Of a stretch of 64,000 nt of DNA, positions 33,614-44,238 are shown in pieces (the stretch's first letter is position 1; the number at the start of each line of letters is the position of its first letter). The notes beneath the pieces were generated by a model. That model saw only the letters and a program-made list of their open reading frames with translations, was not told the DNA's origin and did not search any database. The position numbers and the translations under genes are program-made. Origin of the DNA: an uncultured Planctomycetaceae bacterium (GTDB lineage Bacteria > Planctomycetota > Planctomycetia > Planctomycetales > Planctomycetaceae); the NCBI GenBank assembly GCA_963813715.1, contig CAWFAK010000009.1, positions 640,001-704,000 on the forward strand, read 5' to 3'.

Positions 33614-34220
33614 TCAATCAGCTCGTCGCGTCATCAAGCACGACCAGGCCAAAAAGCCTTCGGGCGGCGCGGGGACCTCGAAGCGGAATTCGCGGAGGAA
33701 CTGGATCTCGAACACCGGCTCCAGCTCGTTGCAGATTTCGGCGGCGGTCATCGTCGGTGGGCCCGTGGGGCCTTTTTCGTTCGCGTTGCCCGCTGAGCAG
33801 CAGGAATCGCGTGCCGGGTCGCGTCAGTCGCTTGAGCGTTTTGATGAAGCCGGGCTGGTCGATCCGCCGGGCCGCGTGATAGCAGCCGCGATCGAACACA
33901 AAATCAAACGGCGGCACATCGAGCGTGAAACGGCACAGGTCGGCTTCGAGGAAGTTCACCTTGGCTTTCGCGTCGGCCGCTTTCTGCCGCGCGGCGGTCA
34001 CAGCAGCGGAGGAAAAGTCGAACCCCGTCACGTCGAATCCCCGCGACGCCAGATAAATCGCATTCGTCCCCGTCCCGCAGCCCAGCTCGGCCGCCCGTCC
34101 GGGCTTGATCGACCCGGCGTCGAGCACGCGGATCAGCTCCTTCGAAGGCACGCCCGAATCCCACGGAAGCTCGCCGTCGACGTAGTGCTGGTTCCAATCT
34201 TGCGGGGTCATGTGAGCCAT
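33614..34220 (-). CDS. Class I SAM-dependent methyltransferase, TPMT-like (frameshift ~33790)
   Basis: W...Y....PWD, AELGCGTG, VTGFDFS, FDFVFDRGCYH. C-terminus ...WSCLMTRRAD* in the shifted frame. Confidence 0.8.
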
Positions 34221-34309
34221 CGGTCGGTCTCCCTCCGTCTGTCGATCTTGCTGGCTGGGTCTGCCCTATTTTAGGCGCGCGGCCGTGACTTGGAACGCAG
34301 TCCAGCCGT

Positions 34310-36157
34310 TCAGAGAATGCCATGCAACGGCCCGCCGGGCGCCGCGAGTTGATCGACACTCTTGCTGACGGCCGGATCTTCGACCAGCGGCGGTGCGTGG
34401 TGCGGCTTGAGCCGCGCGTCGATGATCGAGCGATCCGCGGCAGCCCCAATGTTTGTCGCGGACAAAACTCCCGATGCCGTGCGACGTCGGCCGCCGGGTT
34501 CGAGCGGGTGAACGTCGTCCAGAGAAAGTTGTTCAGCGAGCCGCTCGCGAATTGGCTGTCGTCGACGAGCACCACGAGCGGAAAGGCGTTGAGCGGATGG
34601 TTCGCGTCGACGGCGGCACACAATCGCGCGACGGCCGGCTCGATCTCGCCCTCGCCGCGAACGAACGGCGGAGCGTCGAGTCGCCAGGATGCCCGGCAAG
34701 CAGAGCCGCGGGTTCGCGAAACCGTCGGGCAGACGCAGTTCGGGCGGAACGCTCGTCGGCAGCGGGCGGCGCGGCGGGCCGGCAGCGGCGATCACCAGTT
34801 TCGAGCCGGCGTTCAGTTCGCCGCTGGTGTAGTCGAGCGTGTCGATCGTCGTGCACGTCTGAAAGTGCAGGTCGGTCGTCCAATCGACGCGGGACAAAAC
34901 GTGCGCGAAGAACGCGGGGACGTCATTGATGTCGAGCTGCGGATCGTCCTCTTGAGCGGCGATTAGCAGATACTTGGCGAGCGACAGTTGCCCCTGGCCG
35001 AGAATGGCGTTGGCGTTGGTCAGCAACTCCTGCGGTTTGCGGCGGCCGGCATACGGGACGTAGCGCTCGCTGCCGATCGCCAACAGGAGCGGATGCACGC
35101 CGGCCGCGTCGACCGCGTGGACCGCGTGCACGCCGGGGATCACCGTCGGCAGAATCGGCCCGGTGAGGTCGTGGATCAGCTCGCCGAACGACGTGTCCTC
35201 CTGCGGCGGCCGGCCGACGACGGTGAAGGGCCAGATGGCGCCGGGCCGGTGATAGACGGCATCGACGTCGAGCACCGGAAAATCGTGCGCCAGACTGTAA
35301 TAGCCGAGATGGTCGCCGAACGGGCCTTCGGGCAAAACTTTCTGCGGGTCGACCGTGCCGCTGATGCAAAAGTCGGCCTCGGCATAAATCGGGCAGCTGA
35401 CCGGTCGCGCGAGATCATCGGAATCCGTCGGCCGGCCAGCGCCCCGGCGAACGTCAGCTCGCTCAGCCCCTCGGGCAAAGGCATCACGGCGGCGAGCATC
35501 ATGGCCGGCGTGCCGCCGACAAACACGTTCACGCGCAAGCGGCTCGCCGCGGCGAATGGCCGCCGCGTGATGCACGCCGATCGAGCGGTGGATCTGATAG
35601 TGCAGGCCGACCTGCGCGATTGGGAACGTATTGTCCGCCCGACAGCTGGATGCGATACATGCCCAGGTTGGACTGGGCGAAGCCGGGCCGGTCGGGATGC
35701 TCGGTATAAACCTCGGGCAGCGTGACGAACGCGCCGGCATCACGCGGCCAGTTGACGAGCTGCGGCAACTGGTCGATCGTCGTGCGGTTTTCCAGCACCG
35801 GCCCACGGCTCACGCGCTTTGGCCGCATCGTCCAGAGGGCGGCGGGCACGCCCCGATAGTGCCAGGGGCGTTTCCAGGCGTCGGCCGGATCGATTTTGAG
35901 CGCGATCAGTCGCCGAACGGCCTCGAGCGTGTCGCGGAACAGGAAACGGGTCCGCTCCCGCGTGCCGAACAAATTGCTGACCATCGGGAAGCGGCAACCC
36001 TTGACCCGTGCATAAAATAGAGCGGGGCCCTGCCCTGGTACACGCGGCGCTGGATCTCGGCCGCTTGCAGATGCGGATCGATTTCGGTTTCGATCCGCAC
36101 GAGCTGGCCGGTGCGTTCCAGGTCACGGACGCACTCTTGCAGGTTGCGATAGCCCAT
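34310..36157 (-). CDS. UbiD-family (prFMN-dependent) decarboxylase (several frameshifts)
   Basis: LE..GQLVRIE.E.DP, NLFGT, NLGMYRIQ, PEGPFGDHLGYY, TVVGRPPQED, DTLDY motifs, distributed over frames. Confidence 0.85.
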
Positions 36158-36284
36158 CGGGGAAAGGGAGTCTTCAGGTCAGCGTTGTCGACCGCTCGAC
36201 AGATTGTAGTCGCGCGAGCCGCCGGAGGCCGCGTGCCCCCGCGTTCATCTTTCCAAATCGTGTGCAGGATGGTTTACTGACGAC

Positions 36285-39200
36285 ATGAAAGTAAAGCGGA
36301 CCGCGCCGCAAGGCGAACCGGCGGAGCCGGATCCTCGAATCTTGCAGGAAATCCTCGGCTACCTGAACTTCTCCGGCGGCAAGCCGGACGCGGCTTTCCA
36401 GCGGAACTGGAACACGCTTTTTGCCGATGGGGAGCCCGCTGGCCAGGCCACGGCGGTCAAAAGCCTGCTGCTGGAGCACCTGCAGCGGCTCCAGCCGTCC
36501 GTCCCCGCCTTTCACGATTCGAGCCAGGCGCAGGCCGTCCTCGAGCTGACCTTCGACCATTGCCTGCCGGCCTATCGGCGGCATCACGCCGACCTCTTAT
36601 TCCACCTGCCGCCGGCCGAATTCGAGCACCCCTTCTTCCTGGCGCGGATGATCGAGGCCATCCTCGAACAAGGCTCGCCTTGGAACCAGAATGAGCGGAT
36701 CGTCCACGGGACGATCAGCAAGCTCAACGACTTCCTCGGCTACCGCCCGCTGGCTGTGCTGGAAAACGGCCGGCAGATGGAACCTTACCCGCACGAGCGG
36801 TTTCGACCCGTGCCGCTCGCTCTGCGGGATGCGGGCGTGGCGCACGGCCCCTATCACGACCTGATCGAGCGGACGATCGCCTTCCTGCGGGACACGCCCG
36901 CCGAAATCCTCCGCGAGTCGCACTTCGATCCCGATCACATGGAAGAGTTGGCCCTCGACGTGCGGGCGCACGACCACACGCATCCCGTCACCAAGCGGAC
37001 GAACTACACCTTCGGCGAGTGGGACCCGCACCGCATCGACACCAAGGGGACCTACACTCGGTTCGTCCTCCGTAAGATCGTGCTCGACGCGCTCCTCGAT
37101 TGGATCGGCCAGCAGCAAAAGCTCAGCCTGGAGGAGCGCTATTACGACGCGGCCGCCGTACTCAGCGGCACGATGCTGATGGCCTCGTCGATCAGCGGAG
37201 CCGGTCCCGAAAGCCACGACTCCAGCGTGAACCTGATTTCGCTGTTGCCGAAAGTGGCCCGGCAGCGGGACGCTTACTACGAACGCCTGATGACCGAAGC
37301 CAAGGGACCGCGCCGCGCACGGCTGCGTCGCGAAGCCAAGGTGACGCAGCAGCCGTTCGGCCACATCCGCCAGCACTTGAACATCATCCTGGCGCGGCAC
37401 GGGGCGGCGCAAGTGCAGGACCGGCACGTGTCGGGGATTTATGCGCAGCTCGGTTATCCGCAGGCGGCCCGCGAACAAAGCGCACGAGTGCCCGCCGCCT
37501 CGGCCCGCTTCGAGACCGAGATCGAATGGCGCCTCGTGGCGGCCGATCGCGCCGTCGAGCGCGGCGCCACGCGCGAAGCGGCCCAGTTGCTCGACGAGAT
37601 CGAAGATCATCTCGATCGGGGGATCGACTGCGGGGCGCTCGCCGATCCGTGGAACATCCTGGGCTTTCAGGGCATGTTTCCGCTCTTTTCGTCGCGCGAG
37701 GACTCCGTTCCCGACCAGCGCGTGCCGGAACTGATCGACTTCATGGAGGGGCTGTTCAGCGTTTATTCGCGGGCGCTGGGCGAAGCGGCCGCACTTGCCG
37801 ACCACGAGATGGTCGCCAGGCTCTCGTCGGTGTTCGAACGGCGGGCCGCCTGGTGGGACAAATTTGCGACGACGACCGTCGAGGACGTGCCGCACGTTTC
37901 GGGACGGGAAAGCTTCGAGTCGGCCGTCCGCGTGGCCCAGACGTTGCGTGCCTGGAGCGAGGCGGGCGAGGCGGCCGGCGATATCTCCTTCTGGCGGACG
38001 CGCGTCGAGCAGTTCGAGTCGGCTCGCGCGTACGCGCTCGTCGTCGACGTGCTGCTCCGCCGCCAGGATTTCGTCGCCGCGATGGGCCTGTTGATCCAAT
38101 GGCTGAGCGACGGGGAGAACGTCGGCCTGGAGTCGGAAGGCTATTCCTTCCACGCGCTGTTGCTGCGGTGGATGCACGGACTTTTGGGGACCGAGCCGGC
38201 GGCCGGCGCCGTCGTGCCGACGCGTGAAGACTGCTGGCCGGCGATTCGGCGGCTGTTCGATTTTCTCGAAGCCAACGCCGGTCCCTACTGGACCGTCCCG
38301 ATGCTGGCCGATGCGCTCGGCAACGCGCCGATCACTCGTGCAACCCAAAGCGAGGAAGAGGAAGACGTCAAAGAGGACGAAGCAGCGGCCGAGGACGAGT
38401 CCACACAGGAAGACCAGTCGCTGTTCCAGGCCGCCTACGAAGGCGTCGTCTATCGCGATAGCACGCGCGACGGCCGTGAGGGGGACACGCTCGACAGCGG
38501 ACCGACGGCGGAAACCGCCGAGGTCGAAGCCCTCACCCGTTTCTTCGATCCGCGCTTGCGATTCATCAACACGCTGGCGCAGGCCTGGTTGATGGCCGCT
38601 CTGAATTTCGCGGGCAACGGTCGCTCGGCGGCTTCGTCCGCGCCGGAAGCGTCGGGCAGCTCGCGGGACGAGATTATCTCGGGCTGGCGGCGCAAGGCCC
38701 GCTCCCTCAGCCGCGACTTGTCGAAACTGGCCGACCAGTTCGCCCAGTACGAGCTGCCGATGCCGTCGGGCGATCACGACGAGAACGTGGAATACGATTA
38801 TCAACGGCACGCCCAGCTCTACTTGCTGCACTCGGTCGTGGTGACGCAGGTGCGGCTGCGAATGGCCGAGCGGCTGCTCACGGCCTGTCTGCCCGCCGAG
38901 CGCACGGGCGGCGAGCTCTCCCCAGCCGAGGGGCGGATCGTCGACGTGTTTCGAGCGGTCGTCCATCGCGACGCGGGCCGCTTGCGGCGACTCTTGCCGG
39001 GCCTGCGGAAACATCTGCAGACCAAGCCCCTGCTCTACGTGGCGCTCGACAGCGGCGGCAAGCCGGGACAATTTCGGCAGGCGAAACTCCTGCAGGCAAC
39101 GCTGCGATTCTTGCTCTCGCAGTTGCCGCGGGCGGGCTGCCTCCGCGAGACGTGGCAACTGCTGCAGACGGTCTACAACATGGAGCGCGGCGCACGGCCG

Positions 39201-40499
39201 CCAGGCATGGTCGTCAGCGAATTCGATCAGCTGTTTCGCACGGCCCTCAAATCGACGCTGGAAAGCATCGTCCGCTCCTCCAGTCGCTGGCGCTTCGACG
39301 AGAGCAATGCCCGCGGGCGCGACGGCGTGCCGCAGCGCGCCGACGATCCGGCGGCGCCTCCGCCGCAGCGGCGGGCTTGGGAGCGGCGGACGGGCGGTCG
39401 CGGCAAGCCGTCCGGCCAGGCGTCGCGATCCGCCATCTGGTACGCCGGCACCTTGCGGGCGACGGGCCCGTTCCCGGCCGCCCGGCGGGCCGCGTGGCGC
39501 AACGACCAACTGGTGACGACCGCCAGCGACGTTGTGCAGCGTTACATGAAGCTGTGGCTCACGCACAGCCGCTCGATGCGGCTCTCGAGCGTCGAGGAAA
39601 TGTCGGAGACCGCGGTCTGGAAGCGGGTGCGGGCGTTCATCGAAAACTACGGGGCCGACCTGTTTCACGCCAAGGTGCTGACGCTCGGCAACATTCGCAC
39701 GATTCTCGACGCGGGCATCGCCGACTTCATCGACTACCTGGACGAGAGCCGCGATCCGATCCACCCGGTCAAGCTGATCGACGACCTGGAAGCCGGCGCC
39801 ATCGATTCCGAAAAGGCGATGACCTATCTCGAGCTGATCTACGAAACCATCGTCGACAAGTTCGATCGCTACGTGGAATACAACACGACGACGACCCATT
39901 CCGACTACGGGGAGAAGTTCTACTGCCTGCTCGATTTTCTGCGGGCCGAGTCGGCTTACGAGCGGGATGCCTGGAACCTCAGCCCGATCAGCCTGTGCCA
40001 CGAGCTGTTTTCGGAGTGCGGCCGGCCGGCGGCCGCGCGGGCCTGGGAGCAGGATTTCCGCGCCCGCTCCGGATCGGTCGCCAACAAGCACCTGATTCGG
40101 CTGCGCTCGCTCGAGAAGAAATACGGCATGCGGCTGCCTTCGATCTCCGATCGGCTGGCGGAGCGATTCGTCAAGCCGCTCGCCGTCCACCGCATGCGGG
40201 CCCTCTTGCCGCAGGCGCTCCGCGACGCGCGGCAGCAGCGGGAAACGTCGGCCGCGTTCGACGCCTTGCGGGCCGAGATCGACGAGTACCTGCAGACGAC
40301 CAACGGCTCGGGCATCGACGTCCCAATTTGGCTGCGGACGCTCGAACGAGACCTGATCCACCTGATGGACGAATCCTCGAGCGTGCTCGAAACGCTGGAG
40401 ACGCCGCGGCTGCACGCCGCCACGCTTTTGACGTGGAACCGGCTGCAACTGGAACTGCAGCGCTGGGACGATACGCCGACGAAACGCCCCGAGCGGTGA
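36285..40499 (+). CDS. Large (1404 aa) helical hypothetical protein
   Basis: Uninterrupted ORF with host-like codon usage and an acidic linker (EEEEDVKEDE). No recognised catalytic motif. Confidence 0.8.
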   Translation: MKVKRTAPQGEPAEPDPRILQEILGYLNFSGGKPDAAFQRNWNTLFADGEPAGQATAVKSLLLEHLQRLQPSVPAFHDSSQAQAVLELTFDHCLPAYRRHHADLLFHLPPAEFEHPFFLARMIEAILEQGSPWNQNERIVHGTISKLNDFLGYRPLAVLENGRQMEPYPHERFRPVPLALRDAGVAHGPYHDLIERTIAFLRDTPAEILRESHFDPDHMEELALDVRAHDHTHPVTKRTNYTFGEWDPHRIDTKGTYTRFVLRKIVLDALLDWIGQQQKLSLEERYYDAAAVLSGTMLMASSISGAGPESHDSSVNLISLLPKVARQRDAYYERLMTEAKGPRRARLRREAKVTQQPFGHIRQHLNIILARHGAAQVQDRHVSGIYAQLGYPQAAREQSARVPAASARFETEIEWRLVAADRAVERGATREAAQLLDEIEDHLDRGIDCGALADPWNILGFQGMFPLFSSREDSVPDQRVPELIDFMEGLFSVYSRALGEAAALADHEMVARLSSVFERRAAWWDKFATTTVEDVPHVSGRESFESAVRVAQTLRAWSEAGEAAGDISFWRTRVEQFESARAYALVVDVLLRRQDFVAAMGLLIQWLSDGENVGLESEGYSFHALLLRWMHGLLGTEPAAGAVVPTREDCWPAIRRLFDFLEANAGPYWTVPMLADALGNAPITRATQSEEEEDVKEDEAAAEDESTQEDQSLFQAAYEGVVYRDSTRDGREGDTLDSGPTAETAEVEALTRFFDPRLRFINTLAQAWLMAALNFAGNGRSAASSAPEASGSSRDEIISGWRRKARSLSRDLSKLADQFAQYELPMPSGDHDENVEYDYQRHAQLYLLHSVVVTQVRLRMAERLLTACLPAERTGGELSPAEGRIVDVFRAVVHRDAGRLRRLLPGLRKHLQTKPLLYVALDSGGKPGQFRQAKLLQATLRFLLSQLPRAGCLRETWQLLQTVYNMERGARPPGMVVSEFDQLFRTALKSTLESIVRSSSRWRFDESNARGRDGVPQRADDPAAPPPQRRAWERRTGGRGKPSGQASRSAIWYAGTLRATGPFPAARRAAWRNDQLVTTASDVVQRYMKLWLTHSRSMRLSSVEEMSETAVWKRVRAFIENYGADLFHAKVLTLGNIRTILDAGIADFIDYLDESRDPIHPVKLIDDLEAGAIDSEKAMTYLELIYETIVDKFDRYVEYNTTTTHSDYGEKFYCLLDFLRAESAYERDAWNLSPISLCHELFSECGRPAAARAWEQDFRARSGSVANKHLIRLRSLEKKYGMRLPSISDRLAERFVKPLAVHRMRALLPQALRDARQQRETSAAFDALRAEIDEYLQTTNGSGIDVPIWLRTLERDLIHLMDESSSVLETLETPRLHAATLLTWNRLQLELQRWDDTPTKRPER

Positions 40500-40621
40500 A
40501 CTGCGGGGACGTAACCGATCGTGTCCCGCAGCAGCGAACTGCGTTTCGCGCACGTGCTTTTCGGGCACGCACGTCGTGCCGTCCATCGTGCCGTCGGAAT
40601 GGATCGTGAACGTGACCGCGC
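40463..40621 (+). repeat. Left copy of 159-bp diverged direct repeat (live end of the 1404-aa gene plus dead copy of the comEC 3' end)
   Basis: Gap-free alignment to 44080-44238, 29 mismatches by hand count. Confidence 0.92.
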
Positions 40622-40737
40622 GATGGCTCAACTGGGCGCGCTTCCTTGGATTCGCGTTGACTTAGCGAACGATTTCGCTAAGATGACTAGCGAATTCTTT
40701 CGCTATCCACGATAGCAGGAAGTAAGGAGCGGATCTC

Positions 40738-41124
40738 ATGGCGCGGCCGCCCGCCTCGCAGCCAACCGACGTCGAGCTGCAAATCCTGGCCATTCTCTGG
40801 GAGCTGGGCCCCAGCCCGGTGCGCGAGATCCACGGGCGGCTGGGCGCGGCCAAAGGGACCAACTACTCGACCACGGTCAAAATGCTCGCCGTCATGCTCG
40901 AGAAGGGGCTCGTCAAACGGGACGAATCGGCCCGACCGCATGTCTATCGCGTGGCCGAGGCGCGGCAGCGAACGCAGAAGCGGATGCTTGCCGCTCTGAT
41001 CGACCGAGTGTTCGACGGGTCGTCGATGAGTCTCGTGCTGCAAGCGCTCTCCTCGCGGCCGGCGTCCAAATCCGACCTCGACGAAATTCGCCGGCTGATC
41101 GACCGGCTGGAAGGAAAGACGTGA
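40738..41124 (+). CDS. BlaI/MecI/CopY-family repressor
   Basis: PTDVELQILAILW..GP..VREI, YSTTVKML..MLEKGLV, LIDRVFDGS. AAGGAG RBS. Confidence 0.92.
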   Translation: MARPPASQPTDVELQILAILWELGPSPVREIHGRLGAAKGTNYSTTVKMLAVMLEKGLVKRDESARPHVYRVAEARQRTQKRMLAALIDRVFDGSSMSLVLQALSSRPASKSDLDEIRRLIDRLEGKT

Positions 41125-44027
41125 TGATCTGGCAACTGTCCACCGCTGCCGGTTCCGTGCCGGGTCTTCCGGATTTGATCGATTGCGTCGGCCGGTTGCT
41201 GATCGGCTCGCTATGGCAGTTCGCGATCGTCGCCGCCGTTCTTGGGCTCGCGCTGCGATTAATGCGCCGGGCCTCGCCGCGAGCGCGCTACGCGGCGTCT
41301 GTGATTGCGCTGGCTGCTGTCGTGGCGCTGCCGGCAATCACTTGGTTCTGGGTTTCTGGCCTCGCTGAGCGAGAGCGCGAGACGCGGGCGATCGCGGAAG
41401 CACGCGATCTGCTGAATGGGGGCGCGAGCGCGATGGCGGAGAACCGTCAATGGATGAGGATCTCTCGGTCTGCAAGCCCCCGCCCCGACGAGCGGCTGGG
41501 TGGTCTGTCGCCTGCGGCGATCGTCCGTCGTTTCCCGCCTGCGCCGCGGGCCGCGGATGCGTGGTTGCTGACGATTGTGGCCGCCTGGCTACTGGGCGTC
41601 GCGATCTGCTCGTTACGGCCCTTCTTCAGTTGGCGCACCGTGCAGCGGCTGCGCGTCTTGGAGACTTCGCCTCTTCCCGACGCGCTGCGGCAGATTTTCG
41701 ATGGGGCCGCCGCAAAGATTGGTCTTCAGAGGAAGGTCAGCGCGCTGCAGTCGGGTTTGATCCGGATCCCTGCGGTCGTTGGGTATTTTCGGCCCCTCGT
41801 GCTGATCCCGCTTTCGGTCGCGACGGCGTTGCCGACCGATCAGCTCGAGGCGCTGATCGTCCACGAGCTGGCGCATATTCGGCGGCACGATTATCTCGTG
41901 AACCTGGTGCAGACCGCCCTCGAGACAGTGTTCTTCTATCACCCGGGCGTTTGGTGGATTTCCTATCAGCTTCGCCGAGAGCGCGAAGCCTGCTGCGACG
42001 AGGTCGTGCTCGGTGTCTGCGGCAATCGGTTCGAGTATGCCAGAGCACTGATCGCGCTGGAGGAACTGCGAGCCAGTTCGCCCGCCTTGGCCCTCGCCGC
42101 CGCCGGCGGGTCGCTCCTGGAACGAATTCGCCGTATCGTCGGCGCGCCTGAGGAGCCGAAGCCGGGGCCGGGCGCCCTTCTATGGGCGGGGGCATTGGTC
42201 GCAGCGGCACTTGTCGGTTTCTCAATCGGAAGCGGCAAGCACGCGGCCGGTTCGGGCCTCAGCGCGGAGCAGATGATTCGCATCGCGTCGATCATGCCGA
42301 CCGCGGCGCCGCGGCGGCCGTTTCGCGTGACTCTGCCCGACGGGGCCGAGTTTGAAGTCGTGGGCGTCTGCGAGCATCCCGCGAATGGCCGGGCGTGGTG
42401 GCGGGCCGATGGCTCGCCGCTCCCCATTGCTCCGAATGAACCCTTCAATTCGCGGGTCAATGATGGCCCGCAATCGATCCATCGCGAATTCGTCGTCGAT
42501 GCGCTGCACGATGCCGGGGCGACCGTGCAAGCACACATCGAGGGTGGGGGAAGCGCGGCCGCTTCGTCTTCGGAAAAAAAGGAAGGTGGCAAGCTTCGCG
42601 ACCGCCAGCGGTTTGCCATGGCATTCCCAAAGAATGCCCACACGGCGAAGGTTGTCATCGACTATTCCGGCGGTCCGTGGACGACGATCGCCCAGCGCGA
42701 TCGGAGTGACGGTTCACCGGTCGGCATTGGGTTTGCGGAGGGCGGTGTCGTGTTTGGCGAAGCCGTCGAGACTCAAGGGACCGTGCGAATTCCCATTTCC
42801 TACGATCTCAAAGCCCCCGATATCGGCGACGTGCGGCTGATCGCCGTCGACGGCCGCGGACACGAGCACGCGCCGGAACACGCGAACTTTGTTTCGGCCC
42901 GCAATGCCAACCTGATGAGCGTGGAATTTCGAGAGATCCCGCTGGCGGAGATCAAGGAGTTCCGGCTGCAAACCCGCCGCACGCAGCGAATCGAGTTCCG
43001 CAACATCTCGCTGAATCCCGGCCAGACGTCCCACGTCGAAATTTTCATCGACGGCAAGCCCTATCCACTCGCGGCTGCCGAAGCGAAGCCACGACCCGTC
43101 GACAGTCCGCCGGCAGCCCTCGATTGGGTGCCTGCACCAATGAACGCGCGGCGCTGCCACGGCGCCCCCCGCGATGCGCGATCCAAGAGGAGCGCGGAGG
43201 AGAGTGACCCGCGGTCCTTGGTTGGACAGAACGCCTATCGAGCAGTGCTTCCCAACGGATCGACGATCGCGCTCGTCGGTGTGGGAGCGAATCGGGGCAC
43301 ACACGAACAATGGTGGACTCCCGACGGTCGGCCGGGAATCAATGTCGATCACCAGTTTGGCTGGCAAGTCCCGTTCGATAGCGAAAATAAGGTTCTTCGT
43401 ACATTTCTGCTCGAATCGTTCAGTCCGGAAGGAACGTTCTCGATCTCCGCCAACGGCACAACCACGCAATCCGAGCGGCAGCACTTTTCCGGACACGGCA
43501 TCTACAACCAACACCAAATGATCGCAGCCATCTCTGAAACCTCACCGATGACGCTCTTCGTGCGATACTTCCCCAAGCCTTGGAGAACAGTCGCCACGCG
43601 GCCCGCGAACTGCCCCCCGGGTATGCGGCAGGCAACATTTCCGGAGGGGAGCGCGGATATCACGGATCCCACGCAAAAGAACAGCGGCACACAGATCGTC
43701 GTCGCGTACGGCGTGAAAGACCGCGAGTCCCGGATCGTCGCCGTCGATCGAAACAACACAGAGCACGCGCCACAGGGCGTGTGGGGCGACGGCAAGAACC
43801 ACATGCAACAAGTGGAATTCCAGCTGCCCCTGTCCCAAATCCGCGAATTCCGTTTTCAGGTTCGCGAATACGAAGCCATCGAGTTTCGCAATGTGGCGCG
43901 CGTGCCGGAGCAAAAGACCAATGTCGAAATCTACATCAACGGCAAGCGGTTTCTTCCAAACGCCGCGAAGGCCGACCTGTTGCCCTTGTCCGTCCCGTAT
44001 ACCTATTACATTGGGGCGACGCACTGA
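41121..44027 (+). CDS. M56 (BlaR1-like) metallopeptidase with two tandem copies of an uncharacterised C-terminal domain
   Basis: HELAHIRRHD, FFYHPGVWW, EREACCDE, LLERIRRI. GTGA overlap with blaI. Confidence 0.88.
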   Translation: MMIWQLSTAAGSVPGLPDLIDCVGRLLIGSLWQFAIVAAVLGLALRLMRRASPRARYAASVIALAAVVALPAITWFWVSGLAERERETRAIAEARDLLNGGASAMAENRQWMRISRSASPRPDERLGGLSPAAIVRRFPPAPRAADAWLLTIVAAWLLGVAICSLRPFFSWRTVQRLRVLETSPLPDALRQIFDGAAAKIGLQRKVSALQSGLIRIPAVVGYFRPLVLIPLSVATALPTDQLEALIVHELAHIRRHDYLVNLVQTALETVFFYHPGVWWISYQLRREREACCDEVVLGVCGNRFEYARALIALEELRASSPALALAAAGGSLLERIRRIVGAPEEPKPGPGALLWAGALVAAALVGFSIGSGKHAAGSGLSAEQMIRIASIMPTAAPRRPFRVTLPDGAEFEVVGVCEHPANGRAWWRADGSPLPIAPNEPFNSRVNDGPQSIHREFVVDALHDAGATVQAHIEGGGSAAASSSEKKEGGKLRDRQRFAMAFPKNAHTAKVVIDYSGGPWTTIAQRDRSDGSPVGIGFAEGGVVFGEAVETQGTVRIPISYDLKAPDIGDVRLIAVDGRGHEHAPEHANFVSARNANLMSVEFREIPLAEIKEFRLQTRRTQRIEFRNISLNPGQTSHVEIFIDGKPYPLAAAEAKPRPVDSPPAALDWVPAPMNARRCHGAPRDARSKRSAEESDPRSLVGQNAYRAVLPNGSTIALVGVGANRGTHEQWWTPDGRPGINVDHQFGWQVPFDSENKVLRTFLLESFSPEGTFSISANGTTTQSERQHFSGHGIYNQHQMIAAISETSPMTLFVRYFPKPWRTVATRPANCPPGMRQATFPEGSADITDPTQKNSGTQIVVAYGVKDRESRIVAVDRNNTEHAPQGVWGDGKNHMQQVEFQLPLSQIREFRFQVREYEAIEFRNVARVPEQKTNVEIYINGKRFLPNAAKADLLPLSVPYTYYIGATH

Positions 44028-44079
44028 CCCGGCGGCTAACGCCTGACTGCGAGGCACTGTCGATTCGGTCCGCAGGCGA

Positions 44080-44238
44080 CTGGGACGAGGCACCGACGAA
44101 ACGCCCGAATCGGTGAACGGCTGGGACACCACCGATCGTGCCTCGTCGCGGCGGATTGCCCTTAGCGCACATGCTTTTCGGCTACGCACGTCGCGCGGTC
44201 GATCGTGCCGTCGGGATGGATCGTGAACGTGACGGCGC
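44080..44238 (+). repeat. Right copy of 159-bp diverged direct repeat (dead copy of the 1404-aa gene end plus live comEC end)
   Basis: Encodes WDEAPTKRPNR* versus WDDTPTKRPER* in the left copy. Confidence 0.92.

Noticed and set aside
36597..40631. 1344-aa minus-strand ORF and other long antisense ORFs (7350-9353, 15778-17892, 58892-60319)
   Set aside because: Shadow frames of GC-rich genes on the opposite strand. Only the first ~25 codons of 36597-40631 are meaningful, as the dead comEC copy.
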